A stretch of 64,000 nucleotides of DNA from Diplonema japonicum. Taxonomy: Eukaryota > Protista > Euglenozoa: Diplonemea. The stretch spans positions 124,001-188,000 of the forward strand of contig OZ025698.1 in assembly GCA_964019335.1 (NCBI GenBank). Direction: 5' to 3'. The position numbers were made by a program, and so were the translations under genes. The notes beneath the pieces were generated by a model that did not search any database, was not told the origin of the DNA, and was given only the letters and a program-made list of their open reading frames with translations. This document shows, one piece after another, positions 55,244-64,000 of this stretch (within the stretch, counting starts at the first letter, position 1; each line of letters opens with the position of its first letter).

Positions 55244-55293
55244 TTTTAGGGTCCTGTTGTGGTGTGGTACAGGTTTGTGGGGTTAAAAAAAAA

Positions 55294-55816
55294 TCAGGCT
55301 CATTAAATCGGTTATTGTTGTTGTGGTCACGACACATCAGCAGAAGCAGGGTCTCCCCTCTAAAGCTTGTCGGATGGGGTGTGTCATCATGTCGCAAAAA
55401 AATATATTTGTAATTGAGTCTTCCAGTCAAAATTGAGTCACAAGGACAAGGTAGCTGGTCGGTGCTGCACCTTGTGACTCACCCAAGTTGTCTGGTGGCA
55501 ATAAAAGAGCCGTTCAAAGCAAATGTAAAAAGGTTTTCCCAAAAGCCTGTCGAGTGGGATGTCATCATGTCAATGAAACATGACACTTGTCACTCGAGTC
55601 TTCCAGTCAAAATTGAGTCACAAGGACAAGGTAGCTGGTCGGTGCTGCACCCTGCGACTCACCCAAGTTGTCTGGTTTTGTTTTCTTTTCGGAAATACCC
55701 CAATAAATGCAGTTTGTGATCAGGCTCATTAAATCGATTATTGTTGTTGTGGTCACGACACATCAGCAGAAGCAGGGTCTCCCCTCTAAAGCTTGTCGGA
55801 TGGGGTGTGTCATCAT
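55294..55816 (-). ncRNA. Second copy of the snoRNA cluster (C/D and H/ACA units)
   Basis: Near-identical to 49927-50430. Confidence 0.8.
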
Positions 55817-56036
55817 TTCATGCATTCTTTCCCTTTCTTTTTCTACTCTTGCGTTGCAGGGGGTGTGGGGGGGGGGGGGGTAAAAGAGCAACAGAAGCAA
55901 ACTGACCTATTGTACCTCCTTGACTTGACTTGACGTGTTCGACTGCGTAGTTCTGGTGTTTCAGAAGATATAGATGAGAACAAAAAGACCCTCTCCTTCA
56001 TGATACCCTCTTGATGTTGTCAGCTGTAACTAAGGC

Positions 56037-56141
56037 CTATTTGGACCTCTGCCTCATCTTCCGCCTTCTCCTCTTCAACCTTTTCAACCTCTTCTTCTTC
56101 CACTTGGGGCGCATGCCCCTAGGCCTGGGAACGGAACCCAT
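56037..56141 (-). CDS. RPL41: Ribosomal protein eL41, copy 6
   Basis: Identical 105-nt CDS; 3' flank shared with copy 5. Confidence 0.9.
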   Translation of the reverse strand: MGSVPRPRGMRPKWKKKRLKRLKRRRRKMRQRSK

Positions 56142-57021
56142 TTTTACTTGACTGTAGTGATGTTAGTGAAGTGTTCATGCAAAGATAATAAGAGGATACA
56201 TGCACGATGGCACTGGTGCCTTATGCCAAGCAGTGTTGGCCACGGGAAGTCTCCTTAAAGAAGCAAATGTCATTCACGTGTATAGGAAAAAGAACACACC
56301 TTAAAGGAGAAGAGAACAAAAAAAAAAAATGGAGGGGCAAGAGGGACTCAAAGGAATTCACCAAACACCACCCCCAGGAAACTACGGACGGCTGCAGTTA
56401 AACAGGGTGCCTACTGCTGCATACAATGGCGGGGGGAAATTATTGTTTTTTTTTTCTTTTTTTTCGTTTTTTTCTTCTTTTCTTTTTCTTCTTTTCCCCC
56501 TTCTTCTCTTTCTTGTTTCTTTTCTTGCTCAGCGTATGTCAGGATGATGTCTTACAAGAAACAGAGGGGGTGTGAGTAAAAACAGGGAAAAATAAAACTC
56601 AAATTAACATGCAAACTCCCAGAGCAAAAAGCCGCATGCCCTAAAAAGGGAGGGGGTATGGTCAGTACTAGGTATCTCTCAGTTTCGATCTAATCTTGCG
56701 ACTCCTCCAAGTGCTGATCTCTTCAGGCAAGAAGCACCCTTCATTGGCTCCCACTAGCGTCCCAGCAGGTTTGGAGAGTACTTTTCCCGACCACGGTCTC
56801 CGCATTCGCTCTGTGGACAAGGCTATGGAGAGCCAGGTCCTTAGTGGCTCCTGCGCGATAAAAAAAAATAAAAAAATAAAAATAAAAAGAGTATACAGAA
56901 GCTACGCGAAACGGAACCAAGGAGGAGGAACAGTAGACTACAAGTTCAGGGAAGGTGCCTCCCCTGTAACGGTCATACGGTTTCCATGTCCCCATCGTGG
57001 AGCTGGCGTGTTCTGTGTTCT

Positions 57022-57768
57022 CTATGCGGCGATGACCTTAGGAATGTCTTGTGAGGCGGCCAGCTTTCTGCTGAGGTGGAAGAGAGACGTGCAGGCAAGC
57101 ACAAAGTTGACAACCAGGAGGTTGTAGTTCACAGGCGTGATGACCAAGGAGTAACGCGACCAGATGAGGCCTGTGGAAGCAAGAGCCAGCTGTTGCGAGG
57201 TGGAGATCTTATCGACGGGTCTGTCGATATCGGCGATGTTCGAGGCGGAGAGCAGCCACTTGGTAGTGGGCGCCCAGAAGAAGATCGTGAACGGCCCAGC
57301 AGGGTGGTTCAGGAAGGATGTGACGCTTGCCGGCAGGGACGACGCTGCGATCTTGTTCTGCAGTGTGGGTGCCACCTTCATCCCGACAGCCGCCCCAGCG
57401 CACCCCACAGCCGCCATTGCCATGTCCTTCTGTGTGATGTTAATCGCTTCCCCGCGCTCTTGCTTGTACTTGTATGCCCTGCACAGCTGCGTGATTTGCG
57501 CCATTTCATTGAACGCATGGCACGACAGCAGCAGGTAGTTCCTTGGCTGGACCGCCCACGCGAACCTCATGAACAGCCCGCTGTACACACACATGGTCAT
57601 CGTCATCGGCACGCTGATCATCTCCGGCCCATAGTTCAACCCGTCCCACACAGCACTCCCGACAAGAGCCCAGTTCGCAAGCGGGCCCCAGAAGTGGGTG
57701 GTCTTCCACCCGTGCTCAGGGTGGTGGATGGCCTCCCAGACGACACGCGCGTTCCTTCTCCATGCCAT
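57022..57768 (-). CDS. Mitochondrial pyruvate carrier with tandem MPC1-like and MPC2-like domains
   Basis: TTHFWGPLANW..FMRFAWAVQPRNYLLLSCH (MPC1-like); HPAGPFTIFFWAPTTKW..TGLIWSRYSLVITPVNYNL (MPC2-like). Confidence 0.92.
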   Translation of the reverse strand: MAWRRNARVVWEAIHHPEHGWKTTHFWGPLANWALVGSAVWDGLNYGPEMISVPMTMTMCVYSGLFMRFAWAVQPRNYLLLSCHAFNEMAQITQLCRAYKYKQERGEAINITQKDMAMAAVGCAGAAVGMKVAPTLQNKIAASSLPASVTSFLNHPAGPFTIFFWAPTTKWLLSASNIADIDRPVDKISTSQQLALASTGLIWSRYSLVITPVNYNLLVVNFVLACTSLFHLSRKLAASQDIPKVIAA

Positions 57769-58264
57769 GTTTATACCTGTGCGCAAAAATAAATATGAGT
57801 TCGTCCGGAAAGAAATGTCAACAAATCACCTTCCTGTGCCACGGAAAAAACCCGGGAAGTTTCTGAGTAAAAAAGTGGTCCGACTCCATATTGTGCAGAC
57901 TGGCCGTCTAAGCTTATCACCATATAGGTCACACTGCACTGTTGTACATCCTGAGCCACTGTGGGATGGCAGGGAACAAAGCAGCCGACAGACTGGCAGC
58001 AGCAGGTGTGAAGGAGCAGAGGCAGCCGGTGAGCAAAGAACAGGCTCCAGAAATGTGCCACAGACAAGATCGATGTAGCGCTTGACAAGCAGACGGCCCA
58101 AGGAAGCTCCCAAGACAAACTTGAGTAGGAGAACGGAAGTCTAAAAAGAACTATTAAAAAAAAAAAAAAAAAAAATGTTAGAAGAAAATATGCTATTAAC
58201 ACGGACTCAAGGCTCTCTATCCTCTTGCATTGTACAATACTCCTTTTTCGTTTCAGCTTGTCTA

Positions 58265-58774
58265 TCAGCGGTGTCTCTGTGGGTTCCTCTGCACGAAGTC
58301 AGCAGTCGCATCGTGGAACTCGCCCTTAGTCGACTTGTAGTGGTTGGCTTCGGGGTCGTTCTCGATGGACCACTGCGCTTTCTTCTTCGAGAGGAGTGTG
58401 TTCTGTGGGTTGACCTCATTCTTGGGGCCTGTGAAGGCCATGCTTGTGGTGGTTGCAAAGTCGGTTTGCGTGAGGTCAGCACCGTGGCCGAAGAGAAGGT
58501 GTCGTGAGGTTTCGTGCTGTGAAACGGGTTCCGCCTTGTCAACGGGTGCCTTGCTGTGGTTCTGGTATGACGCTCTGCTCACTGTCAGGCAGTCCAGCTT
58601 CACCTTCTGCGGCTGCTGGCTGTACGCCACCCTGTCCTCCACCCAGTTCCCCTGCAGCACACCTACGTGGTACTCATTCTGGTGACTGCTTGGCCCGACC
58701 TGGTCAGTCTTTAGGTTGCGTTGCGACGGGTGTAAGTACGGCACGTTTGACATGGTGGCCTGCGGTGGGGGCAT
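58265..58774 (-). CDS. Flagellar microtubule inner protein, CFAP107/C1orf158-like
   Basis: YHVGVLQGNWVEDR motif, HLLFGHG. Confidence 0.65.
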   Translation of the reverse strand: MPPPQATMSNVPYLHPSQRNLKTDQVGPSSHQNEYHVGVLQGNWVEDRVAYSQQPQKVKLDCLTVSRASYQNHSKAPVDKAEPVSQHETSRHLLFGHGADLTQTDFATTTSMAFTGPKNEVNPQNTLLSKKKAQWSIENDPEANHYKSTKGEFHDATADFVQRNPQRHR

Positions 58775-58996
58775 ACTAGCGGACACAGAGTAGAAAAAAA
58801 TAAAAACAAAGAAATTTTTAAGTGGGGTGGGTGAAATATAAGGGGGGGGGGAAAAAAATCGGAAAACAACAAAAGAAAGTTGGGAAAGAAAAGAAGGATG
58901 CACAGAAGGAAACTATAAAAACTACACAGGAGGAATGTTGTTACATTAACCTATAAAAAAATAAAACACTCTTATCTTGTCTTTTTTCTGCTCTTT

Positions 58997-59058
<62 letters not shown>

Positions 59059-59177
59059 GGCATTGGCTGGCAGGAAAGTGTAAAGGGAAGAGAAAAAAAG
59101 AGTGCACGTTCAGGGAGCAACACCTACTACTCTGCTGGTTCATGCTGCGACTTTTTTTTTTTTTTTTCGTGTTCCCG

Positions 59178-59208
<31 letters not shown>

Positions 59209-59306
59209 TATATATATTCCCTCTGAATTTTGACCGTTATTTTTCCCCTCGTTCTTTCTCCCCCTCCCTTTTCTTTTTGATACTTCTCCTCTAATATTGT
59301 TGGTCC

Positions 59307-59342
<36 letters not shown>

Positions 59343-59471
59343 CTCCCTCAGGTGGGACTAAGCAATCACTTATTCATGCAGTTGATGAGAATGCAAAGGG
59401 AGGGGGCTTTAATAATGAAGAAACGGGGGGTGAAAGCTAACGCAACGTGACAAACTGGCGCGTGCGAGCAA

Positions 59472-59520
<49 letters not shown>

Positions 59521-60662
59521 AGGATATATGAAAGGAATGAACAATGCACCGCAGGCATCTGGCACGGCAACCTAGTGCCACAGGCCATATTCTAGATCTT
59601 GAGACACTGCGCCACCTTGTAGCCACAAAGGGCGGGCCAAGCTGCAACTGATGTTTTTTTTTTCTTCTTTTTTTTTCCATGATTTGGTTCTCCCTTGTTC
59701 CAGTCGGCCAATACTAGATCCAACGGCCTAAGGTCCTGTTATTTCGACAATGGGCTTAGATGACTGCGGTCTATGAACAAGGAAAAAGAAGGAAGAAAAA
59801 AGAAAAAGAAAGGGGAAAGGAAATAAAAGAAAAAGAAAAAAAAAACAAGATGTGGGGAGGAACAGGAGGCCAGACTCATTGCATTTTGTTGATTTTTTTT
59901 TTAAGAGCAAAAAAATGACTACATTTCTTTTTTTCTTTTGACATGGTTTTTTTTTTTTTTTTTTTTCCCCTTCTTTTCTCTCTCTTTTTTTTTGTTAGGA
60001 TATTCTTTGTTGGAACGGGAAAAAAAAACGAAAAAAAGGGGGAGAGGCTTAACAATATTATTGTCGAGACTAAAAACTAGTTGATGGCAGCGTAATGAGC
60101 TATTTTATTAGGTAAAATTCCGCTCGTGCGCACAAACAAATGGAGCGCCAAACTAGTTTTTTTGAGGGGGGTGATGCTGAGTTTTTGTTTTCAAAGTTTT
60201 AAAAAAAAAAAAAAAAAAAACTCTCTCATTCCCCTTCCTTTTCGCAAGATGGTTGTTTCTTAGAGGCCAGAATTATATAATAAGTAAACAAAAAAAGTCC
60301 CTTGAAAGGGAGCACTGCAACCGGCGCTTCATAGTCTACCAAAAAGCTAGCATCGGATAGGCCAAGTAAGCAAGGGCCGTTTAGAGGATGGGGGAAAGAA
60401 AGAGGAACGAACACCATTTTTGTAACCCGTGGCTGTTGCGTGACAGAGGGAAGGGAATGGAATGGCGAGAAGCTCATCACAGCGGCGCGAAGCGAGCTTC
60501 CCTTTCTCGCCTCGAGGGGTGGGGTACAACACAACTTCATTGTGGATTCTCTCTCTTTTTTTTTTTCCCTCTTACTTCAAACCAACCACTGGAAGATTTG
60601 AAACTCTTTCGAAACGCGTTTGCGGGGGGGTTTTTTTTTGCTGACTTTTTTTTTACGCAGAA

Positions 60663-62777
60663 TCAGTTCATCATCCTGTCCATGAAAGAAGCATCCGGCT
60701 CAGAGTGACAATCATTGTGGCCAGGTGTGCCCCACGGTGAGACTGTGCCCTCCGGGGGGTTGAATGCCTGTGCTGTCATGGGGGGGTTCAGAAGGTGGAA
60801 CATCCCAGGAGATATCGCGGGTGACGCATGAGGCGTGGTTTCCGTCTGAGCAGAGGGTGAAGGTGGTGCCACAGGTCTGGGGATCCCCTCAGGGGCCTTA
60901 ATCCTTCGCTTAATACCCTTCTTCCCCAACCCGAGCCCGAGCCCAAGTGGCAGTGGCGCTGCCGCCGCTGGAGCAGGAGCAGGAACTGGCTCACGTGTGG
61001 CCAGCATGAGATCGTCATCGTCACCGTTGCCCACATCCACGTCGACCATGTTGAGGAACGTGTGTTCGGGTGTGCGCATCTCCACACCTACTGTGTTCCG
61101 TTCCTTCTCTTTCACCGGTTCCCTCTCCTTCTCCTTCTCCTTCTCCTTCTCCTTCTCCTTCTCCCGCTCTTGTTCCACTTCTGGTTCCTTCTCCTTCGCA
61201 GTGATGTCTGTCATCAGTGTGTTCATCCTGAAGCACATAGCAGCACGTGGCACACCTGCTGTCTTTTCTGCGAAGCACAACTTCAATTTCATCCCACCTG
61301 GCACCACAACACCGTTCGCCCTGATGACTGCGAGCACACCGTGGTCAAGGCTGGCGAACTCCACGAGACGCTTGTCTGGTGTTTCATGGTACGTGGTGGC
61401 GACGGGTGTCACGCCGACAAGACTAGCCAGTATCGCACTCAGGTCACTACTCGCAACAGAATGAGGGACGTCCCACACGCACACAAACTTGCTTGGGTAG
61501 GCCTTCCCCGACTCTGCACAGGTAGGAGGCGGCACCATGTTGGGGTCATCTTCAGACACCATGCGCTTCTGCAGATCCTCAGAGGCGCCGTTCCAATGTG
61601 TGGCGTTCGGCTGCCGAGATATCTTCGCATCCCACGTCCTTCCTTTGTACTCCAACCCGTGCAAGTGTTTGATGGCGTTCCCACAGTCCTCAGGGGTGTT
61701 GTACTGCACGACAGCGCACCCCCTGTACTTGTACAGCATCTTCACAGCCTTCACCCTGCCATACAACCCGCACAATGACCACAGCTGCTCAGCTACGACA
61801 GAGTCGTCAGCTGGAAGCCCCGAGATGTGCATGCACATGCCCACCTGGCCAGGCTTTACGTTGCTGAACGGCGGCACCCTGCCCTTATATGCTGGCTCCT
61901 GTCGCGGCACCAGCCACCCTTCGCCCCACCTGTGCTGCCCCCAGATAAGGTCGCTTAGCACTGACCGGCTGTTCATGTTGCTCAGGTGGAAGAGTTGTTT
62001 CCATTCGTTGTCTGCCAGCTGCTTGTTTCTAGTCATGGCGCCAGTCGAACTCAACAAGGTGGTGATAATCTTGTTCGCTTCTGTATAATCTCTGTTCCTG
62101 CCGTCTTGGTTCCTGAACGTCAGCTGTGCTAGTTTTGAGGGCACGATGGCCAGGAAGCACAGGTTAGTGGCTGGGTTCACGGGGGATGGGAGGTACTTGC
62201 CGTTAAGGTAAAGCATCGTTGCCTCGGCACCCGCAGGGGTCTCGAACTGTACCACAATCTGGTTTTTGGAATCTTTGGTGAAGGAAGAGATCTTCTCGAC
62301 CTTGGCGATCTGTGTGAAGACCCAGAAGAGCTCGTCGATGGCTACCTTCTGTGTCAGCTCCTTGAGCACAACGAGAAGGAGCCGGGAGTTGGTGTAGATG
62401 GGTGCCTGCGGTTGGGTGATGCGGCCCTTGTTCTGGGCACGGATTTCAGGCTTGTCAGAGTACACAAGGTTGAGGGGGTGGATGCCATTGGCCCTCTTCA
62501 GAACGATGCTAGGGGGGTCGAACACGAACTGGGCCATGACGGTTCGCGCAGCCCAGATGTCGGCAAACTGCACGAATCCAAGCATCCTGTCATGCAGCAC
62601 AAGGGCTTTTACACACTTCGTGTTCATCTTCGCCCCAATCACAATGCCACTGCCATTTCTAGGCTCATAAATGAAGGACTCTGCCCACAACGACAACTCC
62701 TGTTCTGTGGTGCCCTGCGGCAGGGAACGCACCATGATCACGGGGCTTGCACCATCAGCTTGCGGAGTCCATCTCAT
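60663..62777 (-). CDS. PTB/hnRNP L-like multi-RRM RNA-binding protein
   Basis: Four RRM-like segments (VRSLP..GFVQF; LFWVF..IVVQF; ISGLP..LCGLYGRVKAVK..AVVQY; VWDVP..LVEF). Confidence 0.85.
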   Translation of the reverse strand: MRWTPQADGASPVIMVRSLPQGTTEQELSLWAESFIYEPRNGSGIVIGAKMNTKCVKALVLHDRMLGFVQFADIWAARTVMAQFVFDPPSIVLKRANGIHPLNLVYSDKPEIRAQNKGRITQPQAPIYTNSRLLLVVLKELTQKVAIDELFWVFTQIAKVEKISSFTKDSKNQIVVQFETPAGAEATMLYLNGKYLPSPVNPATNLCFLAIVPSKLAQLTFRNQDGRNRDYTEANKIITTLLSSTGAMTRNKQLADNEWKQLFHLSNMNSRSVLSDLIWGQHRWGEGWLVPRQEPAYKGRVPPFSNVKPGQVGMCMHISGLPADDSVVAEQLWSLCGLYGRVKAVKMLYKYRGCAVVQYNTPEDCGNAIKHLHGLEYKGRTWDAKISRQPNATHWNGASEDLQKRMVSEDDPNMVPPPTCAESGKAYPSKFVCVWDVPHSVASSDLSAILASLVGVTPVATTYHETPDKRLVEFASLDHGVLAVIRANGVVVPGGMKLKLCFAEKTAGVPRAAMCFRMNTLMTDITAKEKEPEVEQEREKEKEKEKEKEKEREPVKEKERNTVGVEMRTPEHTFLNMVDVDVGNGDDDDLMLATREPVPAPAPAAAAPLPLGLGLGLGKKGIKRRIKAPEGIPRPVAPPSPSAQTETTPHASPAISPGMFHLLNPPMTAQAFNPPEGTVSPWGTPGHNDCHSEPDASFMDRMMN

Positions 62778-63298
62778 TGTATACTGTTGTGAGTGAAGGT
62801 GAAGTCGTTTGGATACGTGGAAAGAGAAACGAGAAAAGAAAAAGAGGGGGGGGGGGGGATGACGAAATATGTAACAAAAAGGGAACGAGCCTAATAAAGA
62901 AAAAAAGAGAGGGTGTAGAGAGGAGAATTATTTTCTTTTTTTTTTAAAAAAGAACAATTCCCTTTCCCTTTGTGCCCCCTCCCTCCTCCTACCCTTTATG
63001 TAGCCTTAATGAACACTTGCGACTTATGATAATCCTTTTACACTCGTCCGAGAAAAGGAACAGGAAAAAAGAAAACTTATTGAGAAAAATAAAAAAATGG
63101 CAAAATAAAAATAACAAAAGAGAGGAGGCAACGAGGGGACTGGGGGGCAAATGATAAAGACAAATAATAAATAAAATAAAATAAAGCTGTTACTGACTAG
63201 GCTACAGGTTTTGGCTACCGGCTGCGGGTTTTGAAAAGGGAAACTCGCTTCACGTCATCTAGAACTTTCCACCCTGTGGTGTGTCACTAGATTGTAAG

Positions 63299-64000
63299 TC
63301 ATACCTTCTTGCCACCCTTTCCACCCTTCTTACCGCCCTTACCCTTGCCCTTGCCCTTGCCATCGCCCTTCTTTCCGCCCTTCTCACCCTTGAAGCCGCC
63401 CTTCTTACCACCCTTCTCACCCTTGAAGCCACCCTTCTTGCCGCCCTTGTCACCCTTGAAACCACCCTTCTTGCCGCCCTTGTCACCCTTACCACCCTTT
63501 TTGCCGCCCTTGCCCTTGCCCTTACCCTTACCAGCAGCAGGTGCGTTCTTCTGGACACCCGACGTAGGGGGGTCTGATACTTCCATGGCAATGGGCTTGC
63601 CGTCGTTAGCGGCAGTGCCCTTCTTTGCCTTCTCACCCTGTAGTTGTGTGCTGTGTTGTTACCACCCTGTGTATACCTCTTCGGCAAACTGCATGGCGGC
63701 GTCGGCTGCCTCCTGGTTTACGAAGGTGATCCACCCGTACCCGAGGAAGGACTTGTCGGACTTGGACAACCCCCACAGGACTTGAGAGATGTTCTCCTTC
63801 CCGAAGAGCGTCTCGCTCTTCACATCGTCGAAGTCGTCGGAGAGGTTCGACAGCTTCAGCGACACGGTCGCCGCTGCCTCCTCATCCTCATCCTCGTCGT
63901 CCTCCTCCTCATCCCCCTCCTCATCTTCTTCATCTTCATCATCATCATCCTCACCTTCCTGCTCGGCAGCCTTGGGAGCTCCCTCAACGGGCTCTTCATC
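63299..64000 (-). CDS. Nucleolin/Nsr1-like protein, 3' part (acidic tract, RRM, Gly/Lys tail); short intron near 63639-63676; open at the right edge
   Basis: D/E tract, LKLSNL, FLGYGWITF RNP1, GGKKGGFKG repeats. Confidence 0.75.

Overview
Eukaryotic nuclear DNA, very probably from a diplonemid (Euglenozoa). The evidence is several copies of a diplonemid-type spliced-leader exon (ACCAACGATTCTAAAGCTACAGTTTCTGTACTTTATTG), short GT-AG introns, and host genes almost all on the minus strand. Bases 1-45,000 are mostly non-LTR retrotransposons of four or more families: Ingi-like APE-RT-RNase H elements, an APE-RT family, and short non-autonomous elements. They surround a tRNA cluster: Gly-CCC (+), Gln-CTG (-), Leu-CAG (-). 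About 16 kb of head-to-tail elements sit 10 bp upstream of tRNA-Gln, each separated by a copy of the tRNA's own 5' flank (GGAAATCGA). About 15 kb sit directly upstream of tRNA-Gly between 9-bp duplications. Four elements start with a retrocopied spliced leader. Three have ORF1 and ORF2 in frame across a single UGA, followed by a 2A-like NPGP motif. The short elements start with HDV-like ribozyme folds. The region also holds a captured 28S rRNA fragment and a decayed hAT transposase. Bases 45,000-64,000 are host genes: a histidine phosphatase, SEC13 with a nested antisense gene, six identical eL41 copies, snoRNA clusters, RPS13, an EF-hand protein, a RETSAT-like reductase, an MPC1-MPC2 fusion, and CFAP107-like, PTB-like and nucleolin-like genes. 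All calls were made by eye; no database search or folding program was run.
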